A DNA stretch of 62,846 nt, counting the filler, from Candidatus Babelota bacterium (lineage in GTDB: Bacteria; JAGOBX01), in assembly GCA_017999075.1 (NCBI GenBank). It is 10 parts of 10 records of this genome, joined end to end, with 100 filler letters (N's around TTAATTAATTAA, not from the genome) between each part and the next. Parts side by side here need not be neighbours in the genome. Positions count along the whole stretch, not along the records: positions 11,805 to 23,488 come from JAGOBX010000064.1; positions 23,589 to 26,176 come from JAGOBX010000580.1; positions 26,277 to 28,864 come from JAGOBX010000581.1; positions 28,965 to 40,550 come from JAGOBX010000065.1; 6 more parts are not named here. One strand, 5' to 3'. Numbering within the stretch: position 1 is the first letter of the stretch; every line of letters begins with the position of its first letter. The notes under the pieces were generated by a model. The model was not told the origin of the DNA, searched no databases, and worked only from the letters and a program-made list of their open reading frames with translations. The position numbers and the translations under genes were made by a program. This document shows, one piece after another, positions 18,005 to 29,311 of the stretch.

Positions 18005-20971
18005 ATGAAAACCGCAGTCAAACTTTTTATATTAGCAGTATTTATACTGACGGTAATTGTAATTTTTTTTTTAATAAAAAAAAATTCTAATATAATTCTT
18101 AATGACATTAAAAATAATATTTCTTACCAAATTGGCAAAGGATCAATTCTTAGCGATGTAGATGAAACAATAGAGGCAGTAAAAAGTAATGTTGAGATTC
18201 TTGGGCAGTTAGCTTTAATGAATTTTGATTTATCTTCGTCAAGTAAAAAGTATTTTTCGTCTTATATAAATAAGATTGATTCTGTAACAAAATTGTTTCT
18301 GATTAATACAAAATGGGCTCATGGAGTATGGGTTCAGCTCAATCCTGATCTGACATTCAAAAATAGCACATACTGCAGCTGGTTTTTATATAAAAACGGC
18401 CATCCGGCAAAACAGGTTATAGAAAACCGTGAATTTACTCCTTCAGAAGACCCTTATTATTTTAAACCGATAACTGCCGGGAAAGGAGTTTGGAGCGAAG
18501 TTTATACAGATTTTGATATTAAAGAAACAATGATATCTTATTCTATTCCTTTATATAAAAACAGTAAATTGATTGGAGTCGCAGGAATAGACATTACTCT
18601 TAAGGAACTGTCTGAAAAATTGATTGCAATGAGAAACAAATATAATGGAGCAGAATTATTTCTGACAGATATTGACATGCACGTTATTGCTCCTAAATAT
18701 TCAACTGAAGGAAAGGAAATATGCAATAAAGATCTTTGTAATTGTGAAAAGAATCTGTCTTTCATAAAAAAAAAATTTTCTGCGGAACCTTCGGGATATT
18801 TCGATTATGTTGAAAACGGGAAGAATAAAATCGCTGTTTTTACAAAAGTATCAGATAATTTTAATATAATAGCAACGATTCCAGTTAGTTCTGCTTACAG
18901 AACTTTCAATATACTTTTATATTCATTATATGTTATTCTTGCAATTCTGATGATAACTATAATTTACGCATTGCGTAAAAGCGTGCAGACAATGAAAAAT
19001 AATAAAATTCTTGAAAACCAGACGTCTATACTTCATGGTATAATAAAATCGTCTAATGATGTAATTTATTATAAAGACATTGAAGGAAAATATATAGGAT
19101 GCAACAATGTTTTTGAATTGATTACTGGTAAAGATAAAAATGAAATTATCGGAAAGACGGATTTTGAATTGTTTTCTGAGTCTTTTTCTGAAGAAAATAA
19201 AATAATTGAAAACAGGATTCTTGAAACAGGCGGGATTCATAATGAAGACAGATGGTTTACGCCTAAAAATAGAAATCCGGTATATTATAATTTTCAAATT
19301 GTTCCTCTAAAAAATAATTCAGGAGAACTGATTGGACTACTTGGAATAGGCCGGGATATGACAAAAAATAAACTTGCAGAACAGGAAATAATCAAGGCTA
19401 AGGAACGAGCTGAAGAACTTAATAAATTGAAAAATGAATTTCTGACAAATGTTTCTCATGAGATTAGAACCCCTATGAATGCTATAATAGGATTTTCTGA
19501 TTTTTTGCTGAAAGAAAAACTTACTTCCAGACAAACTGAATTTATAAAAATCATTTGTGAAAACGCTGAAAAATTATTGGATTTAATAAATGATATTCTT
19601 GATATCTCGTGGATTGAATCCAATAAATTTAAAATTGCGCATAAGCCGTTCAACATTAGTCTGCTTATTAAAGAAGTTTTATCTAAAATCAAACATAAAA
19701 TTAAATTGGAAGAAAAACCAATTGAAGTTGTTTTGAATATGGAAAATATTTATTCGGATGTTGTAGGAGATCATGACAGGTTAAAACGCATATTAATAAA
19801 TCTATTGAGTAATGCGGAAAAATTTACAGATAAAGGAACAATAACTTTTTCTGTAAAGACTATAAATGAAAACGATGAATTTGTTACATTTGAAATTTTA
19901 GTTCAGGATACAGGAATAGGGATTTCTGAAAAAATTATTAATACAATATTCGAACCTTTTAAACAGGCAGACAGTTCTGCAACGAGAAAATACGGAGGCA
20001 CAGGTCTTGGATTAACTGTAACGAAAAAAATGATTGATTTGATGAACGGGTCAATACGGGTGGAAAGTGAATTGGGAATAGGTTCGAAATTTTATGTTAT
20101 TATAAAATTAAAAAAAGGTTATAATCAGTCTGATAAGAATAATATACAGCCATTAATTTTAAAAAAATATGAACCAAGAATTTTAGCGGTTGACGACAAT
20201 GATATGAACTTAAAACTTATTGAAATAATGCTGGAAAAAATGGGATATAAAAATATTGATTTTGCACTGGATGGAGAAGAAGCGGTAAAAATGGCGGAGA
20301 ATAATAAATATGACCTGATTTTAATGGATATTCAAATGCCTGTTATGAATGGTATTGAAGCTTTTAAAATGATAAAAAATAAAAAAATATCTGTTCCTGT
20401 AATAGCTTTGACAGCAGACGCTATGGAAGGAAGCGAAAATAAATATCTAAACGAAGGAATGGATGATTATATTTCTAAACCTATAGATAAATATAAGTTT
20501 CAAGCGATTATTCAAAAATGGCTTGGATATAAACAGGAAGCAGAAATAAGTGATTATGAGAAAAATGTAGAAGATAATGCAAATAAGGATTTGAAAAATT
20601 GCGTTGAAGAAAATGAATCTAATAATATGATACCTGACGGTAAAGATGAAATGATAGTGCAGCGCTGGATAAAATATATGGGAGAAGACAAAGATTTCCA
20701 ACAATTGACATTGAATGGCATAAAAATGATCCCTTCAATAATAAACAGAATAGAAAATTATATTAATTCCAATAATATTGACGAGTTAAAAAAAATTGTT
20801 CATTCACAAAAAGGTTCACTTGGATCAATCGGGATTATTAATATCAGCAATATATTATCTGAAATGTCTGCAGAATTGAAAAAAAATGATTTTAAAATGG
20901 AAAATATTAAACGGTTATTTGCCGGGTTAATTGAAATTTATAATAAAATACCGGAACAATATTTTAAATGA
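18005..20971 (+). CDS. Hybrid sensor histidine kinase (dCache-PAS-HisKA-HATPase-REC-Hpt)
   Basis: Two TM helices flank a Cache domain (WSEVYTD...GVAGID); PAS (YYKD...GCN); SHEIRTPMN; NLLSNAEKFT; DTGIGI; GGTGLGL; REC (VDDN, LMDIQMP, ISKP); Hpt (HSQKGS). Confidence 0.93.
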   Translation: MKTAVKLFILAVFILTVIVIFFLIKKNSNIILNDIKNNISYQIGKGSILSDVDETIEAVKSNVEILGQLALMNFDLSSSSKKYFSSYINKIDSVTKLFLINTKWAHGVWVQLNPDLTFKNSTYCSWFLYKNGHPAKQVIENREFTPSEDPYYFKPITAGKGVWSEVYTDFDIKETMISYSIPLYKNSKLIGVAGIDITLKELSEKLIAMRNKYNGAELFLTDIDMHVIAPKYSTEGKEICNKDLCNCEKNLSFIKKKFSAEPSGYFDYVENGKNKIAVFTKVSDNFNIIATIPVSSAYRTFNILLYSLYVILAILMITIIYALRKSVQTMKNNKILENQTSILHGIIKSSNDVIYYKDIEGKYIGCNNVFELITGKDKNEIIGKTDFELFSESFSEENKIIENRILETGGIHNEDRWFTPKNRNPVYYNFQIVPLKNNSGELIGLLGIGRDMTKNKLAEQEIIKAKERAEELNKLKNEFLTNVSHEIRTPMNAIIGFSDFLLKEKLTSRQTEFIKIICENAEKLLDLINDILDISWIESNKFKIAHKPFNISLLIKEVLSKIKHKIKLEEKPIEVVLNMENIYSDVVGDHDRLKRILINLLSNAEKFTDKGTITFSVKTINENDEFVTFEILVQDTGIGISEKIINTIFEPFKQADSSATRKYGGTGLGLTVTKKMIDLMNGSIRVESELGIGSKFYVIIKLKKGYNQSDKNNIQPLILKKYEPRILAVDDNDMNLKLIEIMLEKMGYKNIDFALDGEEAVKMAENNKYDLILMDIQMPVMNGIEAFKMIKNKKISVPVIALTADAMEGSENKYLNEGMDDYISKPIDKYKFQAIIQKWLGYKQEAEISDYEKNVEDNANKDLKNCVEENESNNMIPDGKDEMIVQRWIKYMGEDKDFQQLTLNGIKMIPSIINRIENYINSNNIDELKKIVHSQKGSLGSIGIINISNILSEMSAELKKNDFKMENIKRLFAGLIEIYNKIPEQYFK

Positions 20972-22083
20972 AAATTGAAACGATTAATTTTTTTTCTCCA
21001 GTTAATTCTCTTGGGTACGGAATAGCAGGTAAAAATCTTGCTATTGAACTCGATAAGCGTATCAACGTGTGCCTGATTCCTGATAATATGAATATGACAG
21101 GAATTGAATCAGAGGAAATGGAAATTTTAAAAAAATTGTCAGGCCGGTTTAAAACTATACAATTCAACCGTCCGGGAATTTGTCTTGGTTACGGAAATAT
21201 GATGTTTAAGTTTTGCGGTACTAAAAGAATAGGATATACTATATTTGAAAATACATTGCTGTACGATGACTGGACAAATCAGTTGAAACAGCTTGATATG
21301 GTATGGACTTTTTCTGAATGGGGGAAAAAAATAATTGAAAATTCAGGAATAAAATGCCATATAGTTCCAGGGGGAGTTAATACAGAAATATTTAAAAAAA
21401 ACCCGGAATTTAAAAGAAATACAGGAGATTATTTTTATTTTGTTTCAGTAGGGAAATGGGAACCACGTAAAAATCAGGAATTATTAATCAAAGCGTTTTG
21501 CAATGAATTTAAACCTTCGGAAAAGGTTAAGTTATTCGGGTTTTGGAATAATCCGTTTATTCAGGAAGATATTGGTAAAACCGTGGCTAAAATTATTACA
21601 AACGGCCATCAATTAAATAATTTTGATGGAAAAAACATCGGGGATACGGTTATTCTATGCCCTCAGCTGCCGAGTCAGAAAATGTTTGTTCAATTATATA
21701 ATCAGATGGATTGTGCTGTTTTTCCCTACAGAGCTGAAGGATGGTGCCTGCCTTTGATGGAAGCAATGGCTTGCGGACTTCCTTGCATAGCGACAAATTA
21801 TTCTGCTCCTCTTGATTATATAAACCATGAAAATTCCATTTTACTTCAGCCCGGAAAATTCATTGATATTCATAAAACCGATCCAAAAAATTATCATCAG
21901 AACGCAGGTAGTTGGGCTGATCCTGATATTGATGAATTGAAGCAGCTGATGCGGCGTGCGTATCAGAATAGGGAGAATCTTATCAGTATTGGAAACAAAG
22001 CTTTTGAAACAATGCAAAAATGGAAATGGGAAAAAGCTGCCGGATATGCATTCGATCTCCTGAAAAAATTGGAAATCGGTTAA
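20968..22083 (+). CDS. Glycosyltransferase family 4
   Basis: SVGKWEPRKN and EGWCLPLMEAMACGLP (EX7E motif); overlaps the kinase stop codon (ATGA). Confidence 0.9.
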   Translation: MKIETINFFSPVNSLGYGIAGKNLAIELDKRINVCLIPDNMNMTGIESEEMEILKKLSGRFKTIQFNRPGICLGYGNMMFKFCGTKRIGYTIFENTLLYDDWTNQLKQLDMVWTFSEWGKKIIENSGIKCHIVPGGVNTEIFKKNPEFKRNTGDYFYFVSVGKWEPRKNQELLIKAFCNEFKPSEKVKLFGFWNNPFIQEDIGKTVAKIITNGHQLNNFDGKNIGDTVILCPQLPSQKMFVQLYNQMDCAVFPYRAEGWCLPLMEAMACGLPCIATNYSAPLDYINHENSILLQPGKFIDIHKTDPKNYHQNAGSWADPDIDELKQLMRRAYQNRENLISIGNKAFETMQKWKWEKAAGYAFDLLKKLEIG

Positions 22084-22084
22084 A

Positions 22085-23488
22085 TTATTTAGTTTTAATA
22101 TTTTTCCAGTAACCTGTAACTAATTCAAATGTCAACCCGAAAATAGGTCTGATTTTTGAAAATAAAAAAATTAATAAATGCGGATCTGTCTGATTAATTT
22201 GCCGCATTTCGGTAAAACGTTTATAAAAAAATATAAGAGTAAAAAAACGCAAAAAACCGCTTATAACAAATAAGGGGAAAAAAGTGTAAATACCTCCAAA
22301 CCATCCTACAATAAATTTACCTGATTCCATTTCAAGATGTTTTGCTATATAACCTCCGATAGTTGCTCCTGTGAAAATTGCTATTCCATTACAAAATTGA
22401 TTTAATGAAAAACCCAATGTTCTGTCCTCAGGCGTTAATGTATCATAAATATAGTTTGCAGAACAAAGATTGAACCCGGCCCAAACTATTCCGGCAAATA
22501 TCTGAATTAAAATTATCCAGGCAAGTGAACCGCTTACAATCCATAAAACTGGGGAAACAATCACGCCGATGCCTGTAAGTATTATTAAATTACGGTTTCC
22601 ATACCTGTCGCTCCATTTTCCCCACCACCGCATAGTAAGAAATTGGGAAATTATTATGACCATTGAAGCAGCAGTGAATTCTATATAATTGTAATGAAGC
22701 TGTTTTAACATATGTACTGCAAAATAAGGGCCTGCCACGAACACCGATAAATTTGTAAATGCAAGAAAAACTAAAAAATTCAAGTAATTTTTATTTTCAG
22801 GATTTTTTATAAGTTTTATGAAATTGCTGTTTCTATTAATTTTTTCCTGTCCTTTTATATAAGCGGGGTCAGTCATTTTATTAAGAAAAATAACTGAAAA
22901 CATTCTTGCTAAAAAACCGGTTCCAAACAGTAATCCGAATCCAAGATGTTCAAGTTTATTTGATTTGAAAAAATATAATATCATTCCTCCTGCTGCAATT
23001 GATATGCATGCGACAAATCCGTTAATGCTGTTTCTAAGACCAAAATAAGTTCCGCGTTTTGAAGGAGGAACTATATCTCCCATAAAACTGTTCCATAATG
23101 GACCAATTGAATTTCCTGAAATTTGATAAAGGATTATAAGAGATAAAAAAAATATAAAATCTATTTTCCCATAAAATAATACAAAAATTCCAATCGGAAA
23201 TAAAACAATTCCCTGCAATCCTGCTCCGAATAAAATCCAGTATTTTCTATATGAAGAAGAACTTAAAATTCCTGAAGTGAAAATCTGAAAAGTATTTCCT
23301 ATTGAACTTGGTAAAGACATTATTGTTCCTATTTGCTGTGAAGAAAATTCGCAAAATACAGCAAATGGCGAAAAAAAATTTTCTGCTATACCTGACATTA
23401 CAGAATATGCCATTCCGTCTCTTATCGAATTTTTGAGGTTTTTTTCCGTATCGATTTTTGCTTCAAGTTTTTTTACATTATCATAATT
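22085..23488 (-). CDS. MFS transporter (5' truncated by the contig edge)
   Basis: About 12 hydrophobic helices, WGKWSDRYGNR motif, RGTYFGLRN. The frame is open to the contig end. Confidence 0.88.
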   Translation of the reverse strand, partial: NYDNVKKLEAKIDTEKNLKNSIRDGMAYSVMSGIAENFFSPFAVFCEFSSQQIGTIMSLPSSIGNTFQIFTSGILSSSSYRKYWILFGAGLQGIVLFPIGIFVLFYGKIDFIFFLSLIILYQISGNSIGPLWNSFMGDIVPPSKRGTYFGLRNSINGFVACISIAAGGMILYFFKSNKLEHLGFGLLFGTGFLARMFSVIFLNKMTDPAYIKGQEKINRNSNFIKLIKNPENKNYLNFLVFLAFTNLSVFVAGPYFAVHMLKQLHYNYIEFTAASMVIIISQFLTMRWWGKWSDRYGNRNLIILTGIGVIVSPVLWIVSGSLAWIILIQIFAGIVWAGFNLCSANYIYDTLTPEDRTLGFSLNQFCNGIAIFTGATIGGYIAKHLEMESGKFIVGWFGGIYTFFPLFVISGFLRFFTLIFFYKRFTEMRQINQTDPHLLIFLFSKIRPIFGLTFELVTGYWKNIKTK

Positions 23489-23588
23489 NNNNNNNNNNNN
23501 NNNNNNNNNNNNNNNNNNNNNNNNNNNNNNNNTTAATTAATTAANNNNNNNNNNNNNNNNNNNNNNNNNNNNNNNNNNNNNNNNNNNN

Positions 23589-25064
23589 GCGCCTTTATCT
23601 ATGATTGAAACTGTTATAAATTATAAATCAGAATACATTTCGGATAAAAATGGAGAACGCATAACTTTTAAATTTGATAAAAATAAAAATGAATTTTTAC
23701 GCGACAGTTTCGGTAATCTTATTCAGGATATTGAAGGCAGGCCGTACAGGCAATGGCGTGATCATATAAAAAATGCGAACGACATATGGCGGGAAATAAT
23801 TAAAGCTGCGCGCATACCAGGTTCGACAAGCGCCCCGAAACTTCAGCCGATAGCGGCGCGCCTGGTTATGCTTCAAAGCGGAATGCGTTCATTGCTCGGA
23901 ATAAAAATAAAAGGGACTGATCTGAAATCAATAGAATCTGCAGGTATTGAAATAGAAAGGCTGCTGAAAAATGCGCCTGGAGTTGAAGCGTCATCTGTTA
24001 TTGCTGACAGGATTATAGGTAAGCCCTACCTCGAAATTGATATTGATCGCGTGGCAATCAGCAGGTATGGTTTAAATATTGATGACGTTCAACGTGTGAT
24101 TGAAGTTGCTGTTGGGGGAGAAATGATAACTACAACAGTAGAAAATCGGGAACGATATCCGGTTCGTGTCAGATATAAACGAGAGTTGAGAGACAGCATT
24201 GAAGCTTTGGAAAAAATTCTCGTTACAACTATGAGTGGAACTCATATTCCGCTTATGCAATTAGCAGAAATAAAATTTACACAAGGACCTCAGGAAATAA
24301 AAGCCGAAGATACTTTCCTTATGGGATATGTTTTGTTCGACAAAAAAAACGATATTGCCGAAGTGGAAGTTGTTGAAAAGGCAAAAAAATTTCTTGATGA
24401 AAAAATAGAAGCGGGCGAATTGAAACTGCCTGCAGGAATAACATATTCTTTTGCAGGAAATTATGTGAATCAAATACGCGCGGAAAAAAAGTTGTTTATG
24501 GTAATACCAATTGCTCTGTTTCTGATTTTTTTAATTCTATATTTTCAATTTAAATCTACATTGTTAACGTGTATTGTATTCAGCGGTATTTTCGTTGCAT
24601 GGTCAGGAGGATTTATAATGATATGGCTGTATAATCAGCCTTGGTTTATGGATTTCAGTTTGTTCGGAGAGAATATGCGGAATATATTTCAGATACATAA
24701 TTTCAACCTCAGCGTTGCAGTCTGGGTGGGTTTTCTTGCACTGTTCGGAATAGCCTCGGACGACGGAGTGGTTATGATGACATATATATGTCAGGTTTTT
24801 GAAAAAAAAAGCATATCGGATAAGAAAGAAATTCATAATGCAATTATAGCAGCAGGAGAACGCAGAATCAGGCCATGCCTTATGACTACAGCGACTACTT
24901 TACTTGCCTTACTTCCAGTTTTAACTTCATCAGGACGAGGATCTGATATAATGATTCCTATGGCTATACCTTCATTCGGAGGAATGCTGATTGAAGTCAT
25001 TACAATGTTTATAGTGCCTGTTTTATATTCTTTAGTTGTTGAGATAAAATCTAAGTGGTCATAA
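23589..25064 (+). CDS. CusA/CzcA heavy-metal RND efflux permease, C-terminal part
   Basis: APLSMIET, RERYPVRVRY, SVAVWVGFLALFGIASDDGVVM, RIRPCLMT, GRGSDIMIPMAIP. Confidence 0.93.
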   Translation, partial: APLSMIETVINYKSEYISDKNGERITFKFDKNKNEFLRDSFGNLIQDIEGRPYRQWRDHIKNANDIWREIIKAARIPGSTSAPKLQPIAARLVMLQSGMRSLLGIKIKGTDLKSIESAGIEIERLLKNAPGVEASSVIADRIIGKPYLEIDIDRVAISRYGLNIDDVQRVIEVAVGGEMITTTVENRERYPVRVRYKRELRDSIEALEKILVTTMSGTHIPLMQLAEIKFTQGPQEIKAEDTFLMGYVLFDKKNDIAEVEVVEKAKKFLDEKIEAGELKLPAGITYSFAGNYVNQIRAEKKLFMVIPIALFLIFLILYFQFKSTLLTCIVFSGIFVAWSGGFIMIWLYNQPWFMDFSLFGENMRNIFQIHNFNLSVAVWVGFLALFGIASDDGVVMMTYICQVFEKKSISDKKEIHNAIIAAGERRIRPCLMTTATTLLALLPVLTSSGRGSDIMIPMAIPSFGGMLIEVITMFIVPVLYSLVVEIKSKWS

Positions 25065-25236
25065 ATATTTTTTTGAAAATTATAGGAATTATCCGATTAC
25101 TTTATAAAAAAATAAGAGTATTGTAAAAAATAATATTAAATGTATAATAAAATTGCGTTTTTTAAAATTTTAATGTTTTTGGTTTTATGATGTTTTTAGA
25201 TAAGTTTAATTTTATTTATAAGGATATTTTAAAAAT

Positions 25237-25509
25237 ATGTCAAAAAAAAAAATAATAATTATTATTTTTATAATTTTTTTTACGGCTGCAGTTTTATTTT
25301 TAATTTTAACAAATAAAAAAAATAAATCTAAATCTAACAATACGTCAAGCGTTAAAAGTTCTCATAAAATAATAAAAGAATTGCAGGATGAATCAAATGA
25401 ACAAGCTACAAATGAAACATTTACTTGCCCGATGCATCCTGAAGTAGTTAGAGACAGACCTGGCAAATGTCCTAAATGCGGAATGGAATTAGTTTTGAAA
25501 GAAGAATAA
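25237..25509 (+). CDS. Small membrane-anchored heavy-metal-binding domain protein
   Basis: N-terminal TM helix, then FTCPMHPEV...[12 protein letters not shown]. Confidence 0.88.
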   Translation: MSKKKIIIIIFIIFFTAAVLFLILTNKKNKSKSNNTSSVKSSHKIIKELQDESNEQATNETFTCPMHPEVVRDRPGKCPKCGMELVLKEE

Positions 25510-25538
25510 ACAAATTCAATACAAAATTTAATAATCTT

Positions 25539-26126
25539 TTACTGCTTGTTTTTTTTACTGATCAATAAATCTGCTGTTAATACTCCGATAAACAATTTAT
25601 CTGTATCTGAAGAATATAACGGTATTGAATAAGTAGTCATTAAAATATCTGCACCAGCTCCGCCATCATCATAATATGGCTCACTCCACATAGGCGCTCC
25701 GGATTTAACTGTTTCTGTATACCATTTTTGGTTAGGAGAAGTGTAATCATAAAAATCAATTAAATCTTTTTCCAAAATTTTTCCTTCATTTCTGTAAATA
25801 TACGGAGATGTTTTTATTATTTTTCCATCTTTTTCTGTAGGAGCAAATGCAAATGCTGAAGCAAGAATATCTGGATTTTGTTCAATAAAATTTTTTAAAA
25901 TACCGTACATTTCTTTAGGTTCAAGTTTTTTATCTTTTAAAGTATTTGCTAATTCTGTCAACTTTTTTTCTGTATTAATTTTTAATTGAGCGTCAGCATC
26001 AGTAACTACAGGAGCCTGTTCTTCTTTATTTTGGTTTTGACTGTTCTGATTAGACACGCAATTAGAAACAAATAACAATAAAAAAAGAATTAATGAAAAA
26101 TTAATTAAAGTAAAATTAGATTTCAT
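25539..26126 (-). CDS. Stand-alone exported Cache (PDC) domain protein, possibly a lipoprotein
   Basis: Signal peptide ending VSNC; WYTETVKSGAPMWSEPYYDDGG...MTTYSIP...FIGVLTADL; no second TM helix or output domain. Confidence 0.82.
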   Translation of the reverse strand: MKSNFTLINFSLILFLLLFVSNCVSNQNSQNQNKEEQAPVVTDADAQLKINTEKKLTELANTLKDKKLEPKEMYGILKNFIEQNPDILASAFAFAPTEKDGKIIKTSPYIYRNEGKILEKDLIDFYDYTSPNQKWYTETVKSGAPMWSEPYYDDGGAGADILMTTYSIPLYSSDTDKLFIGVLTADLLISKKNKQ

Positions 26127-26276
26127 GATTTTCTCCTATGATAAATATCAATATTTTTTATAAATAACCTATACTTNNNNNNNNNNNNNNNNNNNNNNNN
26201 NNNNNNNNNNNNNNNNNNNNTTAATTAATTAANNNNNNNNNNNNNNNNNNNNNNNNNNNNNNNNNNNNNNNNNNNN

Positions 26277-28695
26277 GAATATATGTAATAATATTAAAAA
26301 AGTCAAGATATTTTTTGTTTTTTAGAAAAAATATTAATATTACCAAAAATAACAATATTGAAAATGTGACAAGTGTCACAAAAAAATATGTTTTCTCATT
26401 TTTTAATAGTTTAATGTCAAAATTCCCTTTATTTAATTTTACAGATAAAAATAAATAATTTGAACGTATTTTATTTACAGGAACATTGTTATACAGAATT
26501 TTATGAAAATTAGAAAATTTTTCACTGATGAATAAATATGCGCTTGAATCAGAATATCCGGTAATATGTATTAAATTGTCAGTTGATACAATATTGTTTA
26601 TTACTGATTTATTATTGTTTATTTGAAAAATATTTTTAAAATTTTCGATATAATTATTTTTATTGGCATTGTTATCGGATGAGCCGTTTATTATAAGAAT
26701 ATCTGAACAGTCAATTTTATTATTTTTAATCATATTATAAGATTTAATTAAATCGGGTTCAAATATTATATTTGAAAATATTTTGGCATAACCGATATTT
26801 TTTTTGTTTTCATAAATATAGAGATCCTTATATTTTTTTAAATATATTATTTTTTCTGAAATGTTAAGAGGCAAGTCTGAAACAATATATTTTATATTTA
26901 ATAAATTTATAAGTTGCGAGTTTAAATCCGGTTTGCTTATTTCCGTATTTGGATGAACATCAGATAAATTTGTTTCAATGTTTCTCATATAATATATAAA
27001 ATCATTATCAACAAGGGGATCATATCCTCTTACGCTTTTTATTTGATAAAACATCGGGCCATTCAATGCAAAAAAATGATCAAGTGGAACCAAAGGCAGA
27101 ACTCTGTAATTATCAGTGTTTAATTGTATGTTGTCGTAAAAAGTCATATCATCTTTTATTTCTTTAATTGATTTGACCTCGAAAAATTTTTGGTTGAAAG
27201 AATATATATCTGCCACAAATAAAATAACAAGCAGTATAGAAAATTTTTTTGATTTATCAGAAATAAAAAAAATAGCAGAATAACAAATCAATAAAATAAA
27301 AAATTTATTAAACTGCATTATAGCAGAATTATAAGCTGTAATAATAAAATTTTCATAAAAATTCCAATTGTGGAAATGCTCGGATTTCATAGAATATTTT
27401 TGAAATCCCTTTTTCAAAATATAATTTAAAATAGTTGAATTATAAAAGAAAATGCATATTATAAAAAAACAATAAATAATTATTGCCGAAACTGTAAAAC
27501 GTATAATATTTTTTTTGTAAACACCGTTTTTTTTTGATAAAAAAATATGGAATCCGTAAGCAGAAGTTATAATTATGAATATTTCATAAAAAAATAATAT
27601 TCTGTGAGGTTCTCGAAATTTATCGAATCCTGGAATTAGGTAAAACAAAATTTTGAACACGAAAGTATTTTTACCTAATCCTATGATTATTGAAATTAAA
27701 CTTAATAGAAACAATAAAAAAATTTTTTTATTTTTTATAATATATGGAAAAGTCAATATAATAATTATTATTGGAAGCAAACCTGTGAATTCGTTATGGG
27801 TGTGCGCGAATTTTAAAGGCCTCCAGTATTTCCCCCAATCTGTTCCTTCAATAGTATTTCCAAATAAATCAGGGATAAAAGCGCATATTAATTTTGCCGG
27901 TTCAAGAGAACCGTCGGAACTGAAAAAAAAATTTTTAGTGTTATTTCTTGAACTTGATTTATTAAATTCAAAAGTAGGATATATTTGAGGAAAAGAAATT
28001 ATTATTACTAAAACCGCAGCAGCAGTTAAATAAAAAATTTTTTTTAATGAAAAAATCTTGTAATTATTTATGACAGTTGCAGCTATAATAATTGCGGAAA
28101 ATAAAATTGCATAGTATGGGAATTGGGGATGTCCTCCGAGTATTGAAAAACTTAGACATATTCCGTAAAAGAATATATTTTTTTCGCTGTCTGGCTGTAA
28201 GAATTTAAAAAGATGATAAAATATGAAAGGAACCCATACATATGCATTGAAAACTTGTTTTAATGGAGAATATGCGACAGGAAACCAAGCAAATCCCAAA
28301 GCAATTACTCCGTATAAAACTGCAAGTTTATTTTTCACAAAAAAAGAAATTAAATAATAACATCCGGAAATAAATATTATATAATTAATAAAAAATGTTA
28401 TTTTAAATGCTGTTAAAGGTTCTATGAAATAAAAGAAAATATCAATAGGATAAAATATACCTGCCTGAATGTTGGCAAGAAAAGGAACACCGCAAAAAAC
28501 ATAAGGATTATAGTAAGGCAATGAAAAATTTTTTTGGAAAGAATTGAATATATGATTTTTCCACGGTAGAGACATTGTAATGAAATCTCCGGTATATGGA
28601 AGATATTCAAAAAAAATTTTATTAAAAAATAGAATAAAAACAGCCAATATAGCCAGAAAATTCCATTTGTGTTTTTTAAAAAATTCAAATCTCAT
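26277..28695 (-). CDS. YfhO-family multi-pass membrane protein (GT-C-like), 3' end at the contig edge
   Basis: PYYNPYVFCGVPFLANIQAGIFYP, LGGHPQ, PGFDKFREPHR, RGYDPL, LLNIKYIV. Confidence 0.85.
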
Positions 28696-28964
28696 CTTTT
28701 TATCTTAATTTATAATAAATAAAGTTATCCGGTCAAAAATTATAATTTCGGAAGAATTTTCCGGAAAATTACAAAAAGTTTTATTTTTGTTTTATTACCC
28801 AATTTAAAATAATTATAAATTTAGCTTCTTTAAAGTCAATATATTTTTTGTGACAGTATTATGGNNNNNNNNNNNNNNNNNNNNNNNNNNNNNNNNNNNN
28901 NNNNNNNNTTAATTAATTAANNNNNNNNNNNNNNNNNNNNNNNNNNNNNNNNNNNNNNNNNNNN

Positions 28965-29285
28965 GGATATGATGAGGTTTACATTATAGATGCAGTAGTT
29001 GTTGAAAATGGAAAAATCGGAGAATTATATGAATATAATTTCAATGATTTTAATAAGTATCTGCATTTAAGTTCTCCGCATACTTTTAATCTTCCGACTG
29101 CTTTAAAAATGGTGGAGCTATACGGTCAACTTCCTAAAATTATAAAGATATATGGAATAAATATTGAAAACAAGCTTGAGTTTTCAGAAGAATTTTCCGA
29201 AGGGATAAAAAATAAAATAGACGAAATAACTGAAAAAATTATTAAAAATATTGAAGAATTGAAAAATAGTTGTTTGGAAATTTAG
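28965..29285 (+). CDS. Hydrogenase maturation endopeptidase (HyaD/HycI family), 5' truncated
   Basis: Manual translation GYDEVYIIDAVVVENGKIGELY...SSPHTFNLPTAL...IYGINIE...FSEEFSEGIK has the IDA and SxH motifs. Not in the ORF track; directly upstream of the hydrogenase cluster. Confidence 0.85.
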   Translation, partial: GYDEVYIIDAVVVENGKIGELYEYNFNDFNKYLHLSSPHTFNLPTALKMVELYGQLPKIIKIYGINIENKLEFSEEFSEGIKNKIDEITEKIIKNIEELKNSCLEI

Positions 29286-29311
29286 AAAAAAATTATTTAG
29301 GAGGATCAAGA

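Noticed and set aside
28755..28770. Perfect 16-bp palindrome AATTTTCCGGAAAATT upstream of the YfhO gene
   Set aside because: It could be an operator, but it is a single low-complexity copy in AT-rich DNA with no regulator nearby.
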